Under the pieces are notes generated by a model. That model did not search any database. It was not told the DNA's origin and saw only the letters and a list, made by a program, of their open reading frames with translations. Positions 46,605-55,426 of a stretch of DNA of 64,000 nucleotides are shown piece after piece. Position 1 is the first letter of the stretch, and each line of letters begins with the position of its first letter. Source of the stretch: a phage. The translations under genes and the position numbers were made by a program. The stretch lies in the sequence record NC_104726.1; one strand, written 5' to 3'.

Positions 46605-46796
46605 TTATATTTTTTCGCCTATGTAGTCCGGTCGGTTTTTCTCTGTCATGCGCTTAAGCAATTCTTGCATGTTGCTTATGGCTTGTAGTGTATCCTCTTC
46701 AAGGGATGAATCAAGATAATCAGGATCATTCTTCACCTTGCAATGATTATGATAACGCAGTACCGCCAGTACTTTTTTAACTTCTTCCGCTGTCAT
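46605..46796 (-). CDS. hypothetical protein (63 aa)
   Basis: ORF immediately downstream of small membrane peptide gene. Confidence 0.4.
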   Translation of the reverse strand: MTAEEVKKVLAVLRYHNHCKVKNDPDYLDSSLEEDTLQAISNMQELLKRMTEKNRPDYIGEKI

Positions 46797-46804
46797 TATC
46801 GCGC

Positions 46805-46939
46805 CTAAAACAATGAGTTAATATATAACACCAGATCGCTGACTACCAGGACAACATTAATCAGCACATACCTAACCATAAAGGGAAAGATCGCCAACAT
46901 TGCCGCCACGATCCCCATGGTAATAATTATCTTTCTCAT
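46805..46939 (-). CDS. small membrane peptide (about 44 aa)
   Basis: Read directly: ATG two bases after upstream stop; hydrophobic; not in track (under 60 aa). Confidence 0.35.
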   Translation of the reverse strand: MRKIIITMGIVAAMLAIFPFMVRYVLINVVLVVSDLVLYINSLF

Positions 46940-46941
46940 GG

Positions 46942-47226
46942 TTAACGGTTCACGTAAGTTTTCCCGTTCACGGTTATGGGCAGATCCTCCAGGTCTGGAT
47001 CTTCCTTAAGGTCGCGAGCAAGCTCACCGCACCGGATACCCTCGAATCCGTAGTACTCTGTTGTGCCGTCCTTAAAAGTTTTAGCGGCAAGGCATAAGCG
47101 ATAAGTAACCCCGATTTGATTGACGGCATGAATATCCGTTAGATTAACCTCTTTTGCCAGCTCTTTAGCCATTACAGGCGCATTAAGTCCAACAACCAGG
47201 GTAACCACTGCGATCATCTTTTTCAT
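46942..47226 (-). CDS. secreted/periplasmic protein with signal peptide (94 aa)
   Basis: N-terminal MKKMIAVVTLVVGLNAPVMA signal-like sequence; AGAGGATAGACA SD. Confidence 0.5.
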   Translation of the reverse strand: MKKMIAVVTLVVGLNAPVMAKELAKEVNLTDIHAVNQIGVTYRLCLAAKTFKDGTTEYYGFEGIRCGELARDLKEDPDLEDLPITVNGKTYVNR

Positions 47227-47317
47227 TGTGTCTATCCTCTTTCTGCTACGTTTAAGGCGGCGGTAACCGCCTGTTTATGCTTTGTTGGTTAATTTTCAGG
47301 TATCTGTGTAAATTAAA

Positions 47318-47533
47318 CTATGCTGTACGCTCAACTATAACAACGGTTTGGGGGATCTCCCCTTCCACCACTAGTAAGGCCTTTTTCTGCGTGATAGATA
47401 TCTTTACCCGTTGCAGCGTGGCGGTGAAGTCTTTCATTTCGTCACGCGGTGTTTTAGTGCAGTACCAGATCTCAGGCTTGCCGATCTGTAAGTTGCGTAA
47501 AAATTCCGTTTTGCCTGTTTTGTTAGTGATCAT
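47318..47533 (-). CDS. hypothetical protein (71 aa)
   Basis: ORF with SD GAGGTTGG. Confidence 0.45.
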   Translation of the reverse strand: MITNKTGKTEFLRNLQIGKPEIWYCTKTPRDEMKDFTATLQRVKISITQKKALLVVEGEIPQTVVIVERTA

Positions 47534-47542
47534 TTGCCAACC

Positions 47543-47647
47543 TCACCCGATACCGTTGGAAGACAAGATCATATTAGACATGGTTGCAATCAGGCCAATA
47601 CCCAGGGCAATAACCAAGATCACTGCATCGATTAATTTCTGTTTCAT
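47543..47647 (-). CDS. small membrane peptide (about 34 aa)
   Basis: Read directly: MKQKLIDAVILVIALGIGLIA...; AGAGAATAAACACC upstream; not in track. Confidence 0.3.
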   Translation of the reverse strand: MKQKLIDAVILVIALGIGLIATMSNMILSSNGIG

Positions 47648-47724
47648 GGTGTTTATTCTCTTCTGTTAGTAACCTTATTCATGGGGCCGCTACCACAGCC
47701 CCAGGGTAAGGCAGCTATGTGCTT

Positions 47725-48051
47725 TTAGTGTTTCATTCCAACCATCGCGGCACGGATCGCCGTAGTGCTGTACTTGAAGCCGTCCGGGGTCTTATCTTGT
47801 CCGGTTAGCTCCAGAAAAAGCATCATATCCCGCGCCGCATCATTACGATTAGCATTGGCGTTAATAAAGCCTTGGGCCAACCGGTACAATGACTCATCGT
47901 TATTAATCCAAAGGCTTACATTCCAATGAGTTTTGTTTTTGTAACCGTTATAACCTTTATTGCTTTTCATGATGTTTACCTCTTCTTTGTTCCAGGTGGC
48001 GGACCATTCCACCGCCTTATGTATTATGCTTTGTAAGATGGCTGTTGTCAA
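47725..48051 (-). CDS. hypothetical protein (108 aa)
   Basis: ORF with AGAGGTAAACATC SD. Confidence 0.5.
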   Translation of the reverse strand: MTTAILQSIIHKAVEWSATWNKEEVNIMKSNKGYNGYKNKTHWNVSLWINNDESLYRLAQGFINANANRNDAARDMMLFLELTGQDKTPDGFKYSTTAIRAAMVGMKH

Positions 48052-48057
48052 ACTATT

Positions 48058-48237
48058 TTAACGATAATCATCGTACGCTTTATTAACCTGGCGGATATAA
48101 CATTCAAAAGCCAGATCAATAGATTTATATTCACGGATATACTCACCATAGGAAACCACATACATTTCTATAGCTTCCTCATATGCGAGGAGAATAGAAT
48201 CTAAGCCTACGATCTCAGTCTTTGCAATAATAGCCAT
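48058..48237 (-). CDS. hypothetical small protein (about 59 aa)
   Basis: Read directly: MAIIAKTEIVGLD..., N-terminus similar to ORF at 48602-48886; AGAGGATAAAA SD; not in track. Confidence 0.35.
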   Translation of the reverse strand: MAIIAKTEIVGLDSILLAYEEAIEMYVVSYGEYIREYKSIDLAFECYIRQVNKAYDDYR

Positions 48238-48312
48238 GATTTTTATCCTCTTTGTAGTTGGTGGGGTTCGTTGCCCCCTCTGATTTATATATTACAGTCT
48301 TATATGGTCATG

Positions 48313-48546
48313 TCAACTATTTTCAAAAAATTTTTCTGCTGTGATATTCTTCCCGGTAGGGTTCGCTACTTTCAAAATTTTATCATGCACTGGACGCCCA
48401 AAAGAATAAGCGCCGTACACAGTAAACCAATAATCGCCGTCAGGTTGTACTATTACTGCCGCATATGGTACGCCTTTTTCGTTTTTGCTGACAAAATAGA
48501 TCACGTTGCCATTAATAGCCTCGGCGCGTTTAATTTGTTCCATCAT
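48313..48546 (-). CDS. hypothetical protein (77 aa)
   Basis: ORF with AGAGAGGCAAATC SD. Confidence 0.45.
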   Translation of the reverse strand: MMEQIKRAEAINGNVIYFVSKNEKGVPYAAVIVQPDGDYWFTVYGAYSFGRPVHDKILKVANPTGKNITAEKFFENS

Positions 48547-48601
48547 GATGATTTGCCTCTCTTTATTTTCATAATTGGGGGCCTTTTCGGCCCCGCCAGG
48601 T

Positions 48602-48886
48602 TTATTTATTGATAGCGTGCAGCGGGAAAGCTACGCCAGGTTGATAAATAACCTTTACAACCTCATCAGGACAAAAGAAGTTGCAGAACTCACCGCAATA
48701 GGCCTCATCCTCTTTCAACTCTTCATCAACATACTCAAAAAAGTAGTCGATGCTTGGATAATCCTGGCCGTGATTATAGTCAACCATCGTTAATAATAAC
48801 TCTTGATCATTCCGTAGGATGTGCATACCCGCTTTTAAGTATTTTGCTTCCATTTCTACTACATCGCCAGCGGTAATAATAGCCAT
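48602..48886 (-). CDS. hypothetical acidic protein (94 aa)
   Basis: ORF with AGGAGTTAAAATC SD. Confidence 0.5.
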   Translation of the reverse strand: MAIITAGDVVEMEAKYLKAGMHILRNDQELLLTMVDYNHGQDYPSIDYFFEYVDEELKEDEAYCGEFCNFFCPDEVVKVIYQPGVAFPLHAINK

Positions 48887-49088
48887 GATTTTAACTCCTA
48901 TCTATCTGGTCAACGATTGGGGGCCTCCCCCTCGACAACTCTTATTATCCATATTGTCGGGAATGATGCAAGTACTTCTTTAAAAATTTTTTAAGCGCCC
49001 CGTATGCCGTTGTAACGCCAAAATAATAAAGGCCATGCAACCGCATGGCCTTTATGTGATTATATTGCTGCAGGCCCTGCTAGGGGCC

Positions 49089-49439
49089 TTATTTTGCATT
49101 CTTGCCTGTATTGCCGCCACGGTACCAGCGTTTGCGGTGAAAATGGTAATAATCACCCTCGGCATTAAACATCAGATGATTTTCAATAACCAGCTTACGA
49201 AGGTGGGCCGGATCTTGTTCCATTCTTGCCAGATTCCGGCGGCTGTTACGTAAGCGTATAAATTCCATATTCAGGCCGTTGATTGCAGCATGGATGTCAA
49301 AGTAACCGCCTTTGAGACGTTCACGCATGGCGTTAAGCTCAACACAATATACAGATTTCTCACAAATCAAGGCATTAGCTAGGGCGCGGACCTGGGCAAG
49401 GGGGTTAAGCTCATTAAGGTAATATAGTTTGACTTTCAT
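49089..49439 (-). CDS. hypothetical protein (116 aa)
   Basis: ORF, basic C-terminus. Confidence 0.5.
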   Translation of the reverse strand: MKVKLYYLNELNPLAQVRALANALICEKSVYCVELNAMRERLKGGYFDIHAAINGLNMEFIRLRNSRRNLARMEQDPAHLRKLVIENHLMFNAEGDYYHFHRKRWYRGGNTGKNAK

Positions 49440-49456
49440 AAAATCGCCTGCTGAAA

Positions 49457-49756
49457 TTAGTTTGAGAAAACATCGTTCACAATAGCGATCACAATGCCGC
49501 CCACCTTGTCACGGTCAACAATGCACAAATCACCATGGATCATGCGGTAGTCTGGATGATCTTTCACAGAATAGTCAATAAGTGTTTTCTTGTCGTCCAG
49601 CTTCGTAACTTCCATTCTCATAACGATATGAGAATCATCAAAGGCATTATTCCGAAAAGTCATAGCCTGACCGCCAGGGCACCCGGTGATCTCCACTTCC
49701 ACACCATCTACGATCTGACCATCAAAGAAATAAAGATTATTAGCCTGGATAAACAT
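49457..49756 (-). CDS. hypothetical protein
   Basis: Start set to ATG (MFIQANN) 6 nt after AAGGAGTG SD. Confidence 0.5.
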   Translation of the reverse strand: MFIQANNLYFFDGQIVDGVEVEITGCPGGQAMTFRNNAFDDSHIVMRMEVTKLDDKKTLIDYSVKDHPDYRMIHGDLCIVDRDKVGGIVIAIVNDVFSN

Positions 49757-49802
49757 GTCTATCACTCCTTGTTAACTGCGTAGTATTTTAACAGGGTTTA
49801 AA

Positions 49803-49846
49803 TTTACTTTATTGATGGCCCTGGAGTCAAGGCCATCTAAAAATAA
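49803..49846. repeat. 44-bp repeated intergenic element, copy 1 (palindrome GATGGCC-N10-GGCCATC with embedded TTGACT on minus strand)
   Basis: tttactttattgatggccctggagtcaaggccatctaaaaataaa; near-identical copies at about 53544 and 54163. Confidence 0.7.
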
Positions 49847-49849
49847 ATT

Positions 49850-50050
49850 TTACAGGCCTACAATCTCTTTGATTCGTTTTACTGCTGCCTCAGCGCCTTG
49901 GGGGTAGAAATTATGGTAACCGATCACGCGAGTGATACTAATCGCAGTTTGATGATCTTCATAATAGCCCTTGAAGATTTCTTGACCGTCAATCAGCACG
50001 GCAATTTTTTCTTCTTTTTTGAAGTTAATAACGCGGATATTGTTGCTCAT
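49850..50050 (-). CDS. hypothetical protein (66 aa)
   Basis: AAAGGAGAAACAAA SD. Confidence 0.5.
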   Translation of the reverse strand: MSNNIRVINFKKEEKIAVLIDGQEIFKGYYEDHQTAISITRVIGYHNFYPQGAEAAVKRIKEIVGL

Positions 50051-50191
50051 TTTGTTTCTCCTTTCTGGTTTTTGTGTTGGTGGGGATTAGCTCCCCGTTG
50101 ATTATTATTATCCATATTTCGGACCGGATTGCAACACCCCGGAAGAAAAATTTTTTGAAAAAGTTAGGCCCCCAGGGATCGGGGGCCGTTA

Positions 50192-50311
50192 TCAGTTACT
50201 TACAGCGATAAAATACATCCCTACGCCTAACAATATTTCAAGGGCGATGATCTCAAGCCATACCATAACCCGGCGCACCTTATCGGTGCGGGGCTTATCC
50301 TTGGTTGTCAT
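50192..50311 (-). CDS. small membrane peptide (about 39 aa)
   Basis: Read directly: MTTKDKPRTDKVRRVMVWLEIIALEILLGVGMYFIAV; AGGGGGAG SD; start overlaps upstream stop (ATGA); not in track. Confidence 0.35.
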   Translation of the reverse strand: MTTKDKPRTDKVRRVMVWLEIIALEILLGVGMYFIAVSN

Positions 50312-50553
50312 CGTCTCCCCCTTTCATCCTGGTAGTAGTGACGTGGTTTACAATGGCCCCCAGGAGTACCATCACCACGCACATCACAAGAAAAATTATC
50401 TCTGTCGTTGTTCGATCCATTGTTATAAAATTCCTTAAGATCAGGCCTGAAAATAAAGCGTTCGTTATTGAATCCATCACGCCAGGCGGCTGGCTTCAAA
50501 TCTTCATCAAAGGGATTAATTAACGTGGTATTATTTAAACGGCTGGCCCACAT
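50308..50553 (-). CDS. hypothetical protein (start uncertain)
   Basis: ATG after GAGGAA SD; an alternative overlapping frame (50295-50420) encodes a hydrophobic 41-aa peptide with its own SD. Confidence 0.35.
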   Translation of the reverse strand: MWASRLNNTTLINPFDEDLKPAAWRDGFNNERFIFRPDLKEFYNNGSNNDRDNFSCDVRGDGTPGGHCKPRHYYQDERGRR

Positions 50554-50902
50554 ATTTTCTATTCCTCTCAAATAGGCGATCCGCCTCAGTTAAACAAATC
50601 TCATGGGCGTGATCTCTGGTTTTAGCTTCATCGAAAACCTGTTGTGCAAGGCTGCAGCGTAGGGAGACTGGAAGATCACTATAATAGGCGTTGACAAATG
50701 TTTGCGCGTCATACAGGTCGGAAAATACTTTACCCTTTCTATTATCGCCTTTGTCAACAATTGCAAGGATAACAAGTACAATAGTTGCAACCACCCCCAG
50801 GAAAATAGATATAATAAACCATAAAAAGGCGGATCTACCCATCTTGCCAGCGATCCAGGCGTTAAACAAGGCAACTAATACGGCCAAAATAATAAATTCC
50901 AT
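50531..50902 (-). CDS. membrane protein with two N-terminal transmembrane helices
   Basis: Start at ATG (MEFIILAVLVALF) after AAGAGG SD; second helix FLWFIISIFLGVVATIVLVILAIV. Confidence 0.5.
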   Translation of the reverse strand: MEFIILAVLVALFNAWIAGKMGRSAFLWFIISIFLGVVATIVLVILAIVDKGDNRKGKVFSDLYDAQTFVNAYYSDLPVSLRCSLAQQVFDEAKTRDHAHEICLTEADRLFERNRKYVGQPFK

Positions 50903-50966
50903 TCTATGTACCTCTTTTGCAGTTCTGTTTAACAATAAGGCGGCAAATATGCCGCCTGTTACCTGA

Positions 50967-51347
50967 TTAAAAATTATCGCCGTAAATCTTTCCGCTTTCT
51001 GCCCACACCACCACGCGGGGCATACTATCCCACACGTCTTGTTTTAGATTGAGCGCGTGCAATTCTTCAGTGGTGCCCATACCAGGCACGGGCTGATTGT
51101 ATACTGCAAAACGACCACCTGCATAATCATAGGCCAGGGTTAAATCACACTGAATCATCTTTTTGATCATGGCGTTGAGCATAGCGTTAGCCGCATACTG
51201 GTCACGTTTTAAAGGCAACTCTTTGATTAGTTTGCGATAGTTTTCAATGTGATCGCACACTGTTTCACGTGGAAGATCTTTCATATCCTCGCGAAAGGTA
51301 ACCAGGTTAAACATAACGGTGTCAATAGCTTTAGTAGTGTTTTTCAT
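50967..51347 (-). CDS. hypothetical protein (126 aa)
   Basis: AGAGGAAAACATT SD; leader hairpin. Confidence 0.5.
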   Translation of the reverse strand: MKNTTKAIDTVMFNLVTFREDMKDLPRETVCDHIENYRKLIKELPLKRDQYAANAMLNAMIKKMIQCDLTLAYDYAGGRFAVYNQPVPGMGTTEELHALNLKQDVWDSMPRVVVWAESGKIYGDNF

Positions 51348-51437
51348 AATGTTTTCCTCTTTGTTTTGTGTGGGGCAAACGTCTTGCCCCCCTTGAGTTT
51401 TAATATAGCAGGTTTTTAGATTATTGCAACACTTTAT

Positions 51438-52061
51438 TTATGAAAAACTCATCTCTCCATATTCATCCACATCAAACCGCCAATCATTGGCCTCAATAAG
51501 GCCGATCAGGTTTTCGGTAGTGAACTGTTCTAGATAGGCCTCCTCCAGGTCTACGTAAACCTTGCGGGATAGCTCCCGTACCGTCTCGGTGATCAGCTCT
51601 TCCAGGTCTTCCACTTTGTTTTCTTGTTTGGCGGTCAGATCTAGCCAGGTGGTATCAATGTATCCGCTTACAGTGTTTTCATGGCTGTAATGGCTGTACT
51701 TGTCGCGTTCAACACTGGCTGATAACTCGCCATCGTGCATTGTGCCGAACAAGTGACGAATTGATCGGAACTTGGTCAGGGCCTTTACTTTACGCAAAAA
51801 TTTTTCTAAATCCACGTTTTCAGCACTGATTGACGCGCCGTCACCCTGGCACCAAAAGCCGGACCAATGTACTTTGGTATCTTCAAGGCCGTACTCTGGA
51901 AAGATATATTCTTTGTAGTGTTCAATTACACTTTCTGCAAAAAAGTCATCCCCGCTGTGTTCTTCTCTTTCGCGTACCATTTCAATGGCTTTTTCTTTTT
52001 GTTCGTCGGTCAGCACGTCGAAAGATAAATTGTAACCTGTGGTAATGTTAACGGTGGTCAT
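51438..52061 (-). CDS. hypothetical acidic protein (207 aa)
   Basis: AGGAGAAAATATC SD; promoter and leader hairpin upstream; HWSGFWCQGDGA segment. Confidence 0.55.
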   Translation of the reverse strand: MTTVNITTGYNLSFDVLTDEQKEKAIEMVREREEHSGDDFFAESVIEHYKEYIFPEYGLEDTKVHWSGFWCQGDGASISAENVDLEKFLRKVKALTKFRSIRHLFGTMHDGELSASVERDKYSHYSHENTVSGYIDTTWLDLTAKQENKVEDLEELITETVRELSRKVYVDLEEAYLEQFTTENLIGLIEANDWRFDVDEYGEMSFS

Positions 52062-52118
52062 GATATTTTCTCCTGTTTTCTTTGTTAGTGGCGGTAAGTT
52101 TTCCCGCCTGTGTGTTTA

Positions 52119-52146
52119 ATTATACTTATTGAGATTTACTTGTCAA
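52119..52146 (-). promoter_or_regulatory. sigma70-type promoter on minus strand (TTGACA-16-TATAAT)
   Basis: Reverse complement reads ttgacaagtaaatctcaataagtataat; drives gene 51438-52061. Confidence 0.6.
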
Positions 52147-52396
52147 CACTATTTTTTAAATTATTGTGGCGCAAAATGTTTAAAATCTCCTCAACGTCAT
52201 CAACACGGCGGCAATTTTTAAACGCTACCAATTGCCCCATGATTTTAATCACTGGGCGGCCTTGCCAGTGCCCCTGGAGAAAGCGCGCCTTGACTTTATC
52301 GGTGGAACTATCACGCCACCAAATGGCCTTGTTGTTGCAGTAGTAAAAATTATTCAGGACAACATCAACTTTATCAAAATTTTTTAATTTACGCAT
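52136..52396 (-). CDS. hypothetical protein (86 aa)
   Basis: ORF downstream of the minus-strand promoter at about 52429-52456. Confidence 0.45.
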   Translation of the reverse strand: MRKLKNFDKVDVVLNNFYYCNNKAIWWRDSSTDKVKARFLQGHWQGRPVIKIMGQLVAFKNCRRVDDVEEILNILRHNNLKNSVDK

Positions 52397-52428
52397 GGCG
52401 TTTACGCCTTTCTCTCTTTGATGTGGTT

Positions 52429-52456
52429 AGTATAGCTAACCTGTTTAAGATGTCAA
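52429..52456 (-). promoter_or_regulatory. sigma70-type promoter on minus strand (TTGACA-16-TATACT)
   Basis: Reverse complement reads ttgacatcttaaacaggttagctatact. Confidence 0.55.
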
Positions 52457-52600
52457 GCTTTAAATAAAATCACTGTCAATGATATTTTTAACGCCATAAA
52501 ACGGCCCTAAGCGATGTTTTCAGGTTAAAGGGGGGCGATTGCATAGGTGGGGCCTTTTTGGCGCTTACAGGGCCAACCAGGGGCGCTATTCGTAGGATAG

Positions 52601-52629
52601 AAATAAAAAGCCCCGCACAATGGCGGGGC
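52601..52629 (-). terminator. rho-independent terminator (minus strand)
   Basis: gccccgc-acaatg-gcggggc hairpin followed on minus strand by tttttattt; just after the stop at 52638. Confidence 0.6.
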
Positions 52630-52637
52630 GTTGGTTG

Positions 52638-52859
52638 TTATTTGTCTTTATGGCGGTATCGTTCTGCCTGTCGTTCACGTTCCAAAAGTAGGCCAGGCAA
52701 TTTACGATCATAATGATTTCGCCAGATCTTTCCAAATCTTTTTGGCTTATTCAGTTTATTGTTACGCTGGCGTCGTTCCGGCAGCTCTTCGGAATCATGA
52801 GATCGCTTTACAATCTTCTCAAAATTAATCTTCATATATTCCCCCCTTGCTAACTTCAA
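52638..52859 (-). CDS. hypothetical basic protein (73 aa)
   Basis: ORF; Arg/Lys-rich. Confidence 0.45.
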   Translation of the reverse strand: MKLARGEYMKINFEKIVKRSHDSEELPERRQRNNKLNKPKRFGKIWRNHYDRKLPGLLLERERQAERYRHKDK

Positions 52860-53178
52860 TATTGGCCTGAATCGCCCGGATACGCCGTTTTATAACCTCC
52901 TGATCCTTGCAATCATATCCCCAAAAGTCTACGATTTTTGCGCCTCCAGCCTTTAGGCGGTATAGTGTTTCTTGCATCTTGTAAGCCGGGATCGGTCGCG
53001 GTGTTACCTGGTCTCCTTTCTCATCCTTGTACTTGATAATATAGTCTTCATTGTCGTTGAATACCCAAAATGGGTATTCTGTGAGCGCGTTGCTCTCTTT
53101 CTCGTTTTTAGATTGGATCTTGTTTACAATTAAAGCCGTAGCAATAGCGCCAATAATAAAACTAGCCCCGCTGATCAT
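52825..53178 (-). CDS. membrane-anchored protein (N-terminal TM)
   Basis: Start at ATG (MISGASFIIGAIATALIV) after AAGGAG SD. Confidence 0.5.
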   Translation of the reverse strand: MISGASFIIGAIATALIVNKIQSKNEKESNALTEYPFWVFNDNEDYIIKYKDEKGDQVTPRPIPAYKMQETLYRLKAGGAKIVDFWGYDCKDQEVIKRRIRAIQANIEVSKGGIYED

Positions 53179-53254
53179 GTTACTTTCTCCTTTCATGGTG
53201 TTAATAAACTATCTTTATAGATGGCCCTGCCACCAGGGCCACCGAAAAAACAGC

Positions 53255-53500
53255 TTATTTGACAATACCGACAAAACAGATCCCACCTTCCCCAACATAG
53301 GCGATGTCGGTAACCTTATAATTGGTTAAGATCTGCTTATTTAGTTCATTAATAAAATCGGTCATCGCGTTGGTGTAGTTGTCTTCCATGTCTAGGGAAT
53401 AATCCCAGGTGTAAACCTTTTTACGTCCGAAGCCTTTTACCATGATACGGGCGCTTTTGGTGTTGGTAGGGGCGTAATATTTGGTAATTAGTGCGGCCAT
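53255..53500 (-). CDS. hypothetical protein (81 aa)
   Basis: AGGAGTTAAAACC SD. Confidence 0.5.
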   Translation of the reverse strand: MAALITKYYAPTNTKSARIMVKGFGRKKVYTWDYSLDMEDNYTNAMTDFINELNKQILTNYKVTDIAYVGEGGICFVGIVK

Positions 53501-53543
53501 GGTTTTAACTCCTATGCATTAGTTCAGTGTTAACAGTATAAAG

Positions 53544-53587
53544 TTTACTTTATTGATGGCCCTGGTGTCAAGGCCATCTAAAAATAA
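53544..53587. repeat. 44-bp repeated intergenic element, copy 2
   Basis: tttactttattgatggccctggtgtcaaggccatctaaaaataa. Confidence 0.7.
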
Positions 53588-53589
53588 TC

Positions 53590-53931
53590 TTACTCGTTTT
53601 CTTCCAGCTCCGCAAGCTCTTCTTTTGCTTCTTCCAACTCTGTCTGTAATTCCTGGTATTCTTCATCGTCCTCAATATCCAGGCTGTCGATGTAGTCGCT
53701 AAATCCGCAGCGGTAAGCGATAGGATCTAGCTCCTTGAGGATACGCGACGGAAGAAAAGAAATGTTTCCGATCATAATTTCGCCGTAGATCTCGTCTAAC
53801 CATTCATCATAGTTTTCGTCGTACTTGTCCTCGTCGATTTCAAAGTTATCGATCTTGTTCTCAAGGTCTGCGATCTGTTTTTTCAGCGCGGCGATCTGCA
53901 TAGCTTTATCTGCGGCGGTCATAGTAGTCAT
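53590..53931 (-). CDS. hypothetical acidic coiled-coil protein (113 aa)
   Basis: AAGGAGAAAACACC SD; D/E-rich. Confidence 0.5.
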   Translation of the reverse strand: MTTMTAADKAMQIAALKKQIADLENKIDNFEIDEDKYDENYDEWLDEIYGEIMIGNISFLPSRILKELDPIAYRCGFSDYIDSLDIEDDEEYQELQTELEEAKEELAELEENE

Positions 53932-53981
53932 GGTGTTTTCTCCTTTTGTGTGTTCTGGGAAGTTTTCCCGTTTATGTGGTT

Positions 53982-54009
53982 AGTATACTGATCTAAGTTA
54001 GCTTGTCAA
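53982..54009 (-). promoter_or_regulatory. sigma70-type promoter on minus strand (TTGACA-16-TATACT)
   Basis: Reverse complement reads ttgacaagctaacttagatcagtatact. Confidence 0.55.
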
Positions 54010-54129
54010 TTAAAAGTTTAAGAAAAATTTTGCGATACCGTTGGCGCTACCCATCAACATTTGCGCCAGGATGTAACCAATGATGCAAACGATAATAGTT
54101 ACCTTTGTGTGCTGGCGTGTAGTACTCAT
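54010..54129 (-). CDS. small membrane peptide (about 39 aa)
   Basis: Read directly: MSTTRQHTKVTIIVCIIGYILAQMLMG...; AAGGGGG SD; not in track. Confidence 0.35.
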   Translation of the reverse strand: MSTTRQHTKVTIIVCIIGYILAQMLMGSANGIAKFFLNF

Positions 54130-54162
54130 CTTTAAGCCCCCTTTCCGCTCAACTGTGGTTAG

Positions 54163-54207
54163 TTTACTTTATTGATGGCCCTGGAGTCAAGGCCATCTAA
54201 AAATAAA
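54163..54207. repeat. 44-bp repeated intergenic element, copy 3
   Basis: tttactttattgatggccctggagtcaaggccatctaaaaataaa. Confidence 0.7.
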
Positions 54208-54208
54208 C

Positions 54209-54604
54209 TCAGTAAGTTTTCAGTACTTTCCCGTCCAATCTGTCAAGCTGGATCTCGATAGCTGCAGAAAACCTATTATAAACCACATCGCCCATGGAGT
54301 CCAGCCAATCTATGACGTTATACACCTGCTCTTTATTCTTGCAAGTCCGGATCCGTTTCATTACGTAAGACGGATCAATATTAGTGCTCTCGTTGTTGTG
54401 GTCATGCGCCTGGCCTGCTGCATTAGCTATAGATTTTACAACCACCTGAAAGGGCTTTAAGGTGCCTTTTGCGTTCATCTCACGCGCTTTTGCGGCGCGG
54501 TTGTTATATGTTACACAACGGCGGCAAATGTTGACCAAATGCATATCAATAATTTTTTCATCGTTTGCCAGTTCGTTCATGATGCGGCGTACGTTCTTAT
54601 TCAT
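54209..54604 (-). CDS. hypothetical protein (131 aa)
   Basis: AAGGAAAAAGATC SD; leader hairpin ggcgggaa...ttcccgcc upstream. Confidence 0.5.
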   Translation of the reverse strand: MNKNVRRIMNELANDEKIIDMHLVNICRRCVTYNNRAAKAREMNAKGTLKPFQVVVKSIANAAGQAHDHNNESTNIDPSYVMKRIRTCKNKEQVYNVIDWLDSMGDVVYNRFSAAIEIQLDRLDGKVLKTY

Positions 54605-54688
54605 GATCTTTTTCCTTTGTGTTGGCGGGAAACATTCCCGCCTTTTGTGTCTAGTTTACTTTAATTTTGCAGCGTGTCAATAATTTTT

Positions 54689-55087
54689 TTATTCGTGGGC
54701 ACATGTTACAATGTGCTTTTTATAGCCTAGGTGGTTAGCAAGTGCCGACAAAAACTCTTCTTCATAGATCCAGCCGTTGGCAGTGATCCCCATAGCATTT
54801 AATGCGCTCTCAAGTGCTGCGTTAGCTTTATCATAACCGTGACCGCTCGCCTTGCCGCCAGTATAACCGTACTTATTGTTCTTGTTGTCGTGCATCCAAA
54901 AAACGCAGTAGTTAGTGTTACCGCTGGCGGCGGCATAGTACCGGATCTCCGCTACTTCGTGCAAATTATTATCATCGTCCAGGCCAACCAGATTATAAGC
55001 CTTGTAAAATCCACGATCACGGCGGCAGTTCTTGACATCAGAAAAAGAGAAGTCGGCATTATCAAAATTAAAGGTAGTGGTTTTCAT
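54689..55087 (-). CDS. hypothetical protein (132 aa)
   Basis: AAGAGGATAAAATC SD; promoter upstream. Confidence 0.5.
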   Translation of the reverse strand: MKTTTFNFDNADFSFSDVKNCRRDRGFYKAYNLVGLDDDNNLHEVAEIRYYAAASGNTNYCVFWMHDNKNNKYGYTGGKASGHGYDKANAALESALNAMGITANGWIYEEEFLSALANHLGYKKHIVTCAHE

Positions 55088-55119
55088 GATTTTATCCTCT
55101 TAGTGTCTTTTGCGATTTC

Positions 55120-55148
55120 AGTATATTTTGTGTCAGACCATATGTCAA
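55120..55148 (-). promoter_or_regulatory. sigma70-type promoter on minus strand (TTGACA-17-TATACT)
   Basis: Reverse complement reads ttgacatatggtctgacacaaaatatact. Confidence 0.6.
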
Positions 55149-55150
55149 CA

Positions 55151-55348
55151 TTATTTTTTATTAAACCAGTGGTTGATCTGACCTTTTGTCAGGGCGCAAC
55201 GGTTAAGCTGTTGCAGGGTATAGCTATGACCGCGACGAAATTTATAAAGGCCTTGCCCGTTGTTGATGGTTACATCCACCCGGCAAATCACTTGATTGGT
55301 GACCACCTGGCGAGTGTTGCGACGTACTTTAATTCCGTAGGCGTTCAT
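55151..55348 (-). CDS. hypothetical protein (65 aa)
   Basis: GAGAGGATAAAAAATC SD. Confidence 0.45.
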   Translation of the reverse strand: MNAYGIKVRRNTRQVVTNQVICRVDVTINNGQGLYKFRRGHSYTLQQLNRCALTKGQINHWFNKK

Positions 55349-55426
55349 GATTTTTTATCCTCTCTGTTAATTGGTGTGGTGTTGTTCACCTTGCGAGGAT
55401 AAGAATAACAAGAACTGTCCGAGCTG

